Positions 37,508 to 45,845 of a DNA stretch of 64,000 nt are shown in pieces. The notes under the pieces are model-generated. The model did not search any database. It was not told the DNA's origin and worked only from the letters and a program-made list of their open reading frames with translations. Source of the stretch: Longimicrobiales bacterium. GTDB taxonomy: Bacteria > Gemmatimonadota > Gemmatimonadetes > Longimicrobiales > Gaopeijiaceae. Positions within the stretch are counted from its first letter, which is position 1. Each line of letters opens with the position of its first letter. A program made the translations under genes and the position numbers. The stretch covers positions 288,368 to 352,367 of the forward strand of contig CBDCEQ010000003.1 of the NCBI GenBank assembly GCA_965215925.1, written 5' to 3'.

Positions 37508-38216
37508 TTAACCTAACGGAAGGTCGCGAGCTCCCCGACCGTTTGTTGATCGAGGCGGAGCAGTGCCTGAATGAGAAGGGAAGTCGGCGGCGACGCCAGC
37601 TTCGATAGAGATACCGATTTCTGGCGCAACCATCGTGACCGCTGTTTGGGCGCCTCTCAACCCGATCTCTTCCTGAGTGCTGGGAACCCAGGCGATCTGG
37701 GCAGGAAGACGGATCCTGTCCTCAAGGATTCGTCTTGCGGCGACCAACATCACGGCAAGCCCGACCCGGTCATCCCATGCCTTCGCTACGTACCGCCCAT
37801 TGGCTAGCACGACGAAATCGCTGGCCGGGGCGATCCCATCCCAAACCCTCACTCCCATCGCCTCAACCTCCTCCTGCGACGCTGCGCCGATAGCAAGAAA
37901 GGGTTCCTCCAATGACCACACCCTCTATCGGTCAGAACCGGGGGTCACGTGCACCGTCCGGATCCCCCTGGCCGCAACGACCATCCGAGCCGTCGGGATC
38001 CGTGGCAATGACGGATCCAAGTCCATCGAACTGAATATCGGCCCCCAACGCCTCGAACTCCTGTACTACGATCTGAGGTTCGTCTTCCTCGAAGGGGGGT
38101 GGCCCAGGTGCCTCAGTGAGGGCCTTCATCAGCTCAGCGGTGGCGTCGAGGCGCTGGCCGGATACCGGACCAGCGACTAGGATTGCCGTCCGAGCGCAGG
38201 CCAAAGAACGGTTCAT
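37508..38216 (-). pseudogene. M42-family aminopeptidase (FrvX-like) remnant with frameshifts and internal deletions
   Basis: An N-terminal piece ELMKALTEAPGPPPFEEDEPQIVVQEFEALGADIQFDGLGSVIA, a mid piece AIGAASQEEVEAMGVRVWD...KAWDDRVGLAVML...STQEEIGLRGAQ, and a short C-terminal tail lie in three different frames. Total length is far below the roughly 350 aa expected. Confidence 0.55.
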
Positions 38217-38366
38217 TCGATGCTCAACAAGTTGTAGCCGCCCGGTTCGACCGGACCCGTTTCTCACGGCTGGCGATGTCGGATGAGAGGCCAATGTGCC
38301 GGCCAGACACGGGAAGCGCGAGCCGTCACCCTCGCCGGTCTCCGTCGCCGATAGGCTCTGAGCACC

Positions 38367-39137
38367 ATGGACACTCTGCGGCTCCAAATCAACAAGATTT
38401 TGGGCAAAGAGACGGTCCTCGATCTCGATCTTCTCGGGACTCCCGTCCGCCTCGTTGTACAGGCAAGGCGGGAGATTCGAAGGGCCCGCGCCATTTCCGA
38501 GGAGGCCGGCTTAGTCCGCAGAATGTGGGACTACCTATCGCACGGAGACGTGATCTACGACATCGGTGCAAATATCGGGCTTCTGAGCCTGCTCCTAGCG
38601 CAGCACGCAAGGGGAAGGGGTTCGCGGGTACACTGCTTCGAGCCGGAGCCCACGAACTTCGCGCAGCTTCAAAGAAACATTTCGCAGAACGGACTCGGGG
38701 GCCGGGTCGTCGCGCACCGACTTGCACTCTCAGAGAAAGCGGGCGATCTGGAGCTCTTCGTCAGGGGGGGTCCGGGAGAGGGCCGGCACTCCACGGTCGC
38801 CTCCGAGGGATCAACGGGGACGATCCGGGTGAGCGCAGAGACGGTGGAGGGGTTTGCAAAGTCCACTGGAACAATACCCGACCTCGTTAAGATCGACGTC
38901 GAAGGGGCTGAAGGCAGGGTCTTGGCAGGGATGGCTTCTCTCCTCCGTGCCGGCGCTCCGAGAGAGATCTTCATGGAGCTTCATGACAAGGGAGACCGGG
39001 ACTTGATGCCGCAGGGCGTGCTGATCGGCCAATGGTTGGCAGAGCTCGGGTACGACCTGCTCTGGGAATTTCAACGGGGTCGGACCCGCCACTGTCACTA
39101 CCGTCGACGCGGTGCCACAAGAGATCTCGAGCAATGA
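38367..39137 (+). CDS. FkbM-family methyltransferase
   Basis: YDIGANIGLLSLLLA...CFEPEPTNFAQLQRNI...LVKIDVEGAEGRVL, typical of the FkbM family. Confidence 0.75.
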   Translation: MDTLRLQINKILGKETVLDLDLLGTPVRLVVQARREIRRARAISEEAGLVRRMWDYLSHGDVIYDIGANIGLLSLLLAQHARGRGSRVHCFEPEPTNFAQLQRNISQNGLGGRVVAHRLALSEKAGDLELFVRGGPGEGRHSTVASEGSTGTIRVSAETVEGFAKSTGTIPDLVKIDVEGAEGRVLAGMASLLRAGAPREIFMELHDKGDRDLMPQGVLIGQWLAELGYDLLWEFQRGRTRHCHYRRRGATRDLEQ

Positions 39138-39212
39138 CGGAAGTTGTGCTCAGAAACTCAGCGAGCTACGGTTGACTTCATCTCGGGCTGAGGATCGCTT
39201 TCGGATGACCTC

Positions 39213-40265
39213 TTGAAGGACGGTATTCGTATGTTTAGGATGACCTGCGTTCTCGTGTTCCTATCGGTGAGTCCCGCGCTAGCCCAAGAGTACACCGTTC
39301 TCGCAGTCAGCCATACAGACAACAAAGTGTCCGAGGTTCATCCCGTCACCGGCGAGATCCTCAGAGAGTTTGTGGTCCCCGGCGAGTGGTATGGGGAGAC
39401 TCACGAGGGCGTTGTGAGTCCGGACAACAAGACCATCTACGTGTCTGTGCCCTACGCCAAACAGGTCATAATCCTCGACCTCGAGACCTTTACGCAGACG
39501 GGAACGATCGAATCCGAGTATTTCTCCCGGCCTTCACACGTGCGTGGGTTTGCGCGAATCGGCCGGCGTGAATCGAGTTCTGGCGATCCCCATGGCCTGG
39601 CGCTCAGCAACGATGGTCGCAAGCTCTACATCACGGTCCAACATGCGGAAGTGCCCGGAATCGCGGTTTACGATGTCGAGACCGAGACCGTGAAGAAGAT
39701 CGACACGGTGATCGCGGGCAATTATCTGTGGGTTCATCCACGCACAGACAAGCTCTATTTCCCGACCCGTGATGACCGGGTACTCGTGATCGATACGAGA
39801 ACCGACCGGATTCTCAGAGTCATCCCTCTCAACGCAGGTAGCCGTCCCAACGGTGTCGATTTCGGAGGCCCGAACGACGAGGTGTGGGTCAACGGTGACA
39901 GTGATGGTTCGGTAACTGTGATCGACTCAACTACAGACGAGGTGGTCGAGGTTATCCAGACGGGAGTCGCAGGCGCGGGACGCGTAGCCGTCTCTCCCGA
40001 CGGCCGGTTCGCGGCTGCGACCCAGTCTCATCAAGTGTCGGTCATCGACACGAGTACGAGGGAGATCGTGGCTAGCCTGAGTATCAGCCCGGAGGGTACG
40101 GGCCACGGATTCCCAGTGTTTTCACCCGATAGCAATACGCTCCACGTCATGAACGAGTACTCTGATGATATGGTGACCTTCGATGTTAGGACGATGTTGC
40201 AGAGTGGGAGCCGCGCCCCGATCGGAGGTGCGGTCTTCGGGGGCGGGATTCGCGTATTGCCTTAG
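39213..40265 (+). CDS. secreted YVTN-type beta-propeller repeat protein
   Basis: Signal MFRMTCVLVFLSVSPALAQE. Repeated blades (V.V.D..T......I..G..P.G...SPDG). Confidence 0.6.
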   Translation: MKDGIRMFRMTCVLVFLSVSPALAQEYTVLAVSHTDNKVSEVHPVTGEILREFVVPGEWYGETHEGVVSPDNKTIYVSVPYAKQVIILDLETFTQTGTIESEYFSRPSHVRGFARIGRRESSSGDPHGLALSNDGRKLYITVQHAEVPGIAVYDVETETVKKIDTVIAGNYLWVHPRTDKLYFPTRDDRVLVIDTRTDRILRVIPLNAGSRPNGVDFGGPNDEVWVNGDSDGSVTVIDSTTDEVVEVIQTGVAGAGRVAVSPDGRFAAATQSHQVSVIDTSTREIVASLSISPEGTGHGFPVFSPDSNTLHVMNEYSDDMVTFDVRTMLQSGSRAPIGGAVFGGGIRVLP

Positions 40266-40276
40266 TTGCACCTTGG

Positions 40277-41896
40277 ATGGAGGCAGGGGGAATGGCACAA
40301 GATCAAGATCGAGATCGGGAACCTGATCCTAGGGTAGGAGCCACCAACTTCCTCACCCGGCGCGACCTATTGCAGACCGCACTCGCGGCAGGGGCGGCCG
40401 TCGGGGCGGCGGGCGCCTCGCCAGTCGCCGTTCTCGCTCGGGAGATCGAGAGGGCGGGAAGCGCTCCACGAAGCGTCACGCTGGGGCAGAAGCGTCGTGC
40501 ACACTCGCCCGCACCTTTCCAACAACAGGCATCCTTGAGCCGGGAGCTCGCTCGCTGGGTCGCAGGATTGCGGTACGAGGACCTGCCTCCCGATGTAGTC
40601 GATCGCGCGAAGGGCGTCTCCCTACAGTCGGTGTCTTCGGCGCTTCTTGGGTCTCAGTCCAACCGGGGCCAGCAGGCTGCGAGCCTCATCAATGAGGACG
40701 AAGCTGGCGTGACCAACGGCGCGACAATGATGGTGCACGGTACCAAGGTGACGAAGGGCGGCGCGGCCTACGCCAACTCGGCAATGGTGATCGCGGGCGG
40801 CAAGTGGGACACATTCCGCATGCTCATCCATGCCGGTTCGAGCATCATTCCGGGCGCCCTTGTGGCGGCCGAGAGTGGGGGCGCGTCGGGACGCGAGTTT
40901 CTGACCGGTATCGCGGCCGGATACGAGGTCCAGAACCGGCTGTCTGCCGACTACGTACCGACGGTGATGGCCCGTGGTTTCCACCCCGGAATTGTGTTCG
41001 GCATCTTCGGCCCCGCGGTGGCGGCGGCGAAGATCCTGGGCTTCACTGAGGACCAGATTCAAGACACGATCTCCCTCTGCTTTGCCTTGACCGTCTCGGG
41101 CCGCGGCCATCGCGAGAGTGCTTCCACGCGTAACGCCATGCTGGCCGTCGCCTTGGCGGGGCAGCGTGACGGTGGTGGCGGAGACGAGAGGATCCTCGAA
41201 GGAGACGGTGGCTTCTATTGGGCCTACGCCGGCGACAATGAGGGACAGCTCATCTACAGCTTCGTCGGTGATACGCAAACCAGCCTGGACAGGATTACCG
41301 CGAATCTCGGGGAGGAGTGGCTCTTCCGGGAGACCCTCTACCGGATCTACTCGACCGCGGGATACAACATCGCGCACGTAGATGTCACGGCGCAGCTCTG
41401 CGAGGAGAACGACATTCAATATGAGGATGTCGAAAGCGTCGAAGCCGTCGTTAACTGGCTCGAGACGCAGTATCCCAGCCCTGCGTTCCCGGCTAGGAGG
41501 GAAGACCTGGATGTGGATCCCACGCCCGGAAGCACCCGGTACTATACCGCGTACGGTGTGGTGCAGCGGGGCTTCCCGCTCCTTGGTCCAGGCGGAGGGG
41601 GGGACCCGCCAGAGGTCCTGGACCTCATGAGGCGTGTGAGGATCATCCCGTCGACACAGATGGGGCTATTCGCTCCACGGATCACGATTTTCATGAGGGA
41701 CGGCAGTAGCTTCACGAAACAATCCACAGGACGTGAGTTCATCTGGGATTTCGAGGAGGAAGCCCGCCGCATTCGAGGGGTCGTCGACGGGGTTCCTATC
41801 CCGCCGGCGCAATTTGACGAACTCATCGCAGCCTGCCGTGATCTCGATGCCGAGCCCAGGGCCGATCGGCTGATTCAGCTGACCTTGAGGTCGTAA
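40277..41896 (+). CDS. MmgE/PrpD-family protein with twin-arginine (Tat) signal
   Basis: FLTRRDLLQTALAAGAAVGAAGA precedes an MmgE/PrpD-type core (LARWVAGLRYEDLPPDVVDRAK..., 539 aa). Confidence 0.75.
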   Translation: MEAGGMAQDQDRDREPDPRVGATNFLTRRDLLQTALAAGAAVGAAGASPVAVLAREIERAGSAPRSVTLGQKRRAHSPAPFQQQASLSRELARWVAGLRYEDLPPDVVDRAKGVSLQSVSSALLGSQSNRGQQAASLINEDEAGVTNGATMMVHGTKVTKGGAAYANSAMVIAGGKWDTFRMLIHAGSSIIPGALVAAESGGASGREFLTGIAAGYEVQNRLSADYVPTVMARGFHPGIVFGIFGPAVAAAKILGFTEDQIQDTISLCFALTVSGRGHRESASTRNAMLAVALAGQRDGGGGDERILEGDGGFYWAYAGDNEGQLIYSFVGDTQTSLDRITANLGEEWLFRETLYRIYSTAGYNIAHVDVTAQLCEENDIQYEDVESVEAVVNWLETQYPSPAFPARREDLDVDPTPGSTRYYTAYGVVQRGFPLLGPGGGGDPPEVLDLMRRVRIIPSTQMGLFAPRITIFMRDGSSFTKQSTGREFIWDFEEEARRIRGVVDGVPIPPAQFDELIAACRDLDAEPRADRLIQLTLRS

Positions 41897-41902
41897 GGCT
41901 CT

Positions 41903-42451
41903 TTGGCGAAGGACTGGTCGTTCAACTGGCATTGGGCTGGGGGTCGGCCACTCCTCTTCGCCGCAACCTTGGTTGTAGCCGCCGCTGTCAACTGGCTCGG
42001 CGGGCTCATCGTGAACACCGCGAAGCTCCCGATCTTCGGGGACACGATAGGCACTGCTCTCGTTGGGGCCCTCTTCGGGCCTCTCGCTGGGGCGGTCACC
42101 GGGATCCTCAGCAACTTCGGTGGTGCGATATACAATCCGCTTCTACCGTGGTTCGCGTTGGCAGCTGCGGCGGTCGGCTTTTTTTCTGGCATCACGGCAG
42201 GACTCGATCTCATGAGGCGGCCGTGGTGGGCCGTCCCCTTTGGAGCCGTTACGGGGTTCGTCACAGCCGCCATCTCGGCGCCGATCAGCGCCGCGGTATC
42301 CGGCGGAGCAAACCCGAGCGGGCTCTACTCCGTCTTGGTGGCGACTGCGAGGACGCAGGGCCTCAGTGTTTTCCAATCGACCTATTTTGGGGGTGGCCGC
42401 GAGAAAGAGTTCGCACGCGAGTCTCGCTCCTGCTTTCTCGGCTTCGGCTAG
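41903..42451 (+). pseudogene. ECF-type substrate-specific (S) component-like membrane protein, 3' end fused to an ABC ATPase fragment
   Basis: Glycine-rich TM helices run to about 42340. The same frame then reads QGLSVFQSTYF..REKEFARE, an ATPase Q-loop region (VFQ) with no preceding Walker A. Confidence 0.5.
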
Positions 42452-43437
42452 AGTCCCTCGCCGATCGTTCGCCGTCAACACTCTCAGGCGGAGAGCTCCA
42501 GCGGGTCTTGATCGCCTCGTAGATCGCCCATGAGCCTCGTCTCGTACTAATGGATGACCCTGGACTTCACCTCGACCCACCCACCCGGATGGCCCTACGG
42601 TCGATCCTCGTAGAAGAGGCTCAGGACGGTCGAGCGATCCTGATCGCGGCCTCGACCGCCGAGGAGGCGATCGAGGTCGGCGCTGAACGCGTGACCAAGC
42701 TGCCGGCCCGCACACAGCGTCCTACCCCAACCTTCGACTCGGACATACTGTCCCCACGAGGAAACGACAGAGAACTTCTATCGTTCCACGATGTTTGTTT
42801 TACGTATCCAAGTGGAACCGCAGCAGCGGTAGGCTTGAATATGCGAATTGATCGGGGTGAGGTCGTCGGTTTGGTGGGGGCCAACGGCTCGGGGAAGACG
42901 ACTCTCGCGCGTCTCGCCCTCGGATTGCTGAAGCCCGCCTCCGGGCGGATCCTTGTTCGGGGGCACGATGCGAAGAAACTCCCTACAAGTCGGGTTGCTC
43001 GCGACATCGGGCTCGTCTTTCAAAACCCCTCGGATCAACTTTTCCACGGATCCGTGTGGAAGGAGGTCTCCTTTGGCCCTCGGCTGCGGAAGTGGCCGGA
43101 TTCGGAAGTAGAGAAACTGGCGACCGCAGCGCTCCTAGCCACGGGCCTGCTCCATCTCCGTGACAGCAATCCCCGGGATCTCGGCGGGTCCAAGCGCCGT
43201 CTTCTTTCATTCGCCTGCATGCTCGCGGCACGACCTTCCCTCCTGATCCTGGACGAGCCCACCGCCGGTCTGGATGACGGCGAACAGGAAGTCGTGGCTC
43301 AAACCGTACGTCGCTGGGCACGCCATGGAGGGGGTGTGGTGGCTGTCACGCACGACATGAGCTGGGCTGCCCGGAACTGCGATCACTCCCTTCAGATGGA
43401 GGGCGGCGAGCTAGCCGTAGCGGTTGGACTTGGGTGA
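42449..43437 (+). pseudogene. duplicated ECF/ABC ATPase remnant (first domain gutted, in-frame TAG; second domain with degenerate signature)
   Basis: LESLADRSPSTLSGGELQRVLIAS-TAG(42520-42522)-IAHEPRLVLMDDPGLHLDP is followed by a second domain with GANGSGKTT, VFQNPSDQLF and LLILDEPTAGLD. The signature motif there reads LGGSKRR instead of LSGGQ. Confidence 0.65.
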
Positions 43438-43562
43438 ATCACACGAACAACGTGATGTCATGAACGCGAGAGAGGGCAGGGCGCTTCTGTCGGCACCCGG
43501 CCCTCCCTTGGTCTTGCCCTGAATCCCGCGAGGGCTCGGGCCCCGCTGGTCTCCGTCCGACG

Positions 43563-43922
43563 TTACGCGCAGACGATCGTACCTACCGCGGCGTCGTAGT
43601 CGCATGCGACCGCAGTCGATCCATGGGTCGCCGAAGCATCCCAGGTCGTGGCAGTGCCGGCGTTGATGACCATCGTTACGCCGGTCGTCCCCGTATAGAG
43701 GTTCGCACCCGTAAGGTCGGCGATGTCGTCAGCGTACACGAACGCGTTGTCCTGGTAGAACATCTCCTGAGCCGTGCGGACCTGGTTCAGGTCGGACTGC
43801 ATCGCGGAGATGAAGGCCCGATCGCGTGTCTCGCCGAAGCGCGGAATGGCGATGGCAGCCAGGATCCCGATGATCACGACCACGATCAAGAGCTCGATCA
43901 GCGTGAAGCCTTTCCTGTTCAT
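43563..43922 (-). CDS. type IV pilin (PilA-like), orphan
   Basis: MNRKGFTLIELLIVVVIIGILAAIAIP is a class III leader with G-1/F+1/E+5. C-terminal Cys pair. AAGGAG lies 6 nt upstream of the ATG. Confidence 0.85.
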   Translation of the reverse strand: MNRKGFTLIELLIVVVIIGILAAIAIPRFGETRDRAFISAMQSDLNQVRTAQEMFYQDNAFVYADDIADLTGANLYTGTTGVTMVINAGTATTWDASATHGSTAVACDYDAAVGTIVCA

Positions 43923-44290
43923 TTCAATCTCCTTCGGTTGAGTGTCGGCTAAGGACGTGAATGAGAAGTCTCATTCGTCATGGCCGATCGCTCTTAGGGC
44001 AAAGCGTGAATCGGAAATGGCAGGTTACGCTATAACTCATTGATCTATATGGGTTTACATAGATTGTCGTTCGTGCGTGTCCCGTCTTGCGGGCGCCGAG
44101 CTACGTTGGATTCTGCGGATGTCTCGCAGGATGAGCGTTCAGAATGTTACAGGTTCCTCGAAACCGGAATCTCGGCGATGTTGAGTTCGCCGCGCAGTCA
44201 TCGAAATGTTATTGTGTGCCGGTAGACGGAACCCGGTAACTGCATGAGTTGAATGAGACAGAGTGACCTCAATCATTTCGAGGAGAGACG

Positions 44291-45688
44291 ATGAAACAGA
44301 TCTGTCTAGCGCTCGCGGCTGCTGCGTTGTCGGGGCTAAATGCTCCAGAGCTGGCTGCACAGCAGTCAATGTCGGGTGAGGTCACGTTCAGCGAAGATGT
44401 CGCGCCGATCCTCCAGGCGAACTGTGAAGCGTGCCATCGACCCGGCGCGATCGCTCCAATGGCCCTTACGAGCTACGAGACGGTGCGCCCTTGGGCACCG
44501 CTCATCAAAGAGCGGGTGGTAAGCCGGGAGATGCCGCCGTGGCCCTACGATCGGACGATCGGGATCCAGGACATCAAATACGATCGGTCGCTGAGCGAGG
44601 CGGATATTCACACGATCTCAGCGTGGGTGGATGCTGGGGCTCCAGAAGGGGATCCAGCGCACCTGCCCGCGCCGATCGAATGGCCGGACTACAGCAACTA
44701 TTGGGAACTTGCGGAGGAGTTCGGCCAGCCCGATCTGGTGGTCACCACCGAGCCTTACGTGGTTGAAGCGAACGGTCTCGATCAGTGGTTCGATTCCTAC
44801 GTGTCCTTGGAAGGGTTGGATGAGGAACGATGGGTCCGCGCGGTGGAGATCCGACCGAGCACACCGGAGGCAGCCTACGTTTTCCATCACGGGAACACGA
44901 GCCTCGAGCAAGTGGTGGATGGTGAGAATACGCGAGCGGGTCTGATTGGCGCAGCGGTGGGAAAGATGTACGACATCCTGCCGAGCGACGGAGGCATACG
45001 GATCATGCCGGATGCCAGGGTTACGACCGGAATTCACTACTTCCCGGTTGGCGACGAGATCGAAGCGACGATGGATATCGGTATCTATCTCTATCCTGAG
45101 GGTGAGGTTCCCCGCTACGTGACGGCTGGGGCAAGCGTTTCCTTCGCCGACAATACCTCTTCGAACACGAGAGGTCCGTGGACTAAGGTCAGTCCCGTGG
45201 ACGCAGGTGGCGTAAGGGCCGTCGACGTCTTCATCCCACCTCATTCTACGCAGATGCTTCGCGGGACGTGGGTGGTGCAGCAGCCCACGAGAATCCACAG
45301 CGTACGTGGGCACATGCACCTGAGGGGCAAGTATCAGATGATCGAGGCCATCTATCCCGATGGTCGCAGAGAGGTTCTGAGCAAGCTCAATTGGCAGCAC
45401 AGATGGCACACGACTTTCCTCTACGAGGATCACGCCCAGCCGTTACTGCCGACGGGGACGATGGTCGTGCTCACATCGTACTTCGATAACACCGCGGCCA
45501 ATCCAGGCAACCCGGATCCCGACCAGCTGGTCGTTTTCGGTAGGCGCAGCGTGGACGAGATGTCCCACCTATGGATTGGCCGAACGTATTTTGAGCAGGA
45601 CGAATTCGATCAGCTCGTCGCGGAGAGAGAGCAGATCTTGAGGGAGAGACAGCGACGCGCCTCTCTTCAGGAGGATGGAGGCCAGTAG
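44291..45688 (+). CDS. secreted CxxCH heme-motif protein fused to a PHM/DBH-like (copper type II monooxygenase-like) two-domain fold
   Basis: Signal peptide. CEACH at aa 45-49 with MPPW downstream. HH (199-200), H249, HMH (341-343) and M424 occur in the same order as the PHM CuH/CuM ligands. Confidence 0.45.
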   Translation: MKQICLALAAAALSGLNAPELAAQQSMSGEVTFSEDVAPILQANCEACHRPGAIAPMALTSYETVRPWAPLIKERVVSREMPPWPYDRTIGIQDIKYDRSLSEADIHTISAWVDAGAPEGDPAHLPAPIEWPDYSNYWELAEEFGQPDLVVTTEPYVVEANGLDQWFDSYVSLEGLDEERWVRAVEIRPSTPEAAYVFHHGNTSLEQVVDGENTRAGLIGAAVGKMYDILPSDGGIRIMPDARVTTGIHYFPVGDEIEATMDIGIYLYPEGEVPRYVTAGASVSFADNTSSNTRGPWTKVSPVDAGGVRAVDVFIPPHSTQMLRGTWVVQQPTRIHSVRGHMHLRGKYQMIEAIYPDGRREVLSKLNWQHRWHTTFLYEDHAQPLLPTGTMVVLTSYFDNTAANPGNPDPDQLVVFGRRSVDEMSHLWIGRTYFEQDEFDQLVAEREQILRERQRRASLQEDGGQ

Positions 45689-45759
45689 ATAGAACTGTAG
45701 GATTGGCCTAAAGCGTCCGCAGGCGCTCGGGGCCGAAGTTAGTCCACATCTGTGAACTG

Positions 45760-45824
45760 TGTTCCAGGGCCCCTCGCGGTGCTCCCTCTCCTAGGAGAGG
45801 CCGGCCGAAAGGGGCCTTGGAACA
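45760..45824 (+). other. nested inverted-repeat structure in the 5' region of the prpE-like gene
   Basis: Outer arms are TGTTCCAGGGCCCCT (45760-45774) and AGGGGCCTTGGAACA (45810-45824), matching 14/15. The inner element is a perfect 16-bp palindrome CCTCTCCTAGGAGAGG (45785-45800). The structure ends 21 nt before the ATG at 45846. Confidence 0.4.
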
Positions 45825-45845
45825 CATTGATGAGTTGGTCCTGCG

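Noticed and set aside
17947-42522. Three in-frame TAG codons (17947, 30249, 42520) as evidence for amber reassignment or readthrough.
   Set aside because: TAG is used as the ordinary stop of many clearly complete genes here, for example at 2110, 4157, 4265, 4882, 7927 and 17686. Two of the three TAG-containing genes also carry deletions or frameshifts. Plain nonsense mutations are the simpler reading.
43470-43540. An imperfect GC-rich hairpin (GAGGGCAGGG...CCCGGCCCTC) between the convergent ATPase and pilin genes, as a bidirectional terminator.
   Set aside because: The stem has a mismatch, the loop is 14 nt, and neither strand has a T tract. There is not enough support to call a terminator.
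44003-44020. A sigma-54-like TGGCAG-N-GC element in the pilin / CxxCH-gene intergenic region.
   Set aside because: The GG-to-GC spacing is two bases shorter than the TGGCAC-N5-TTGC consensus. It is on the plus strand, the wrong strand for the pilin, and about 270 bp from the plus-strand gene.
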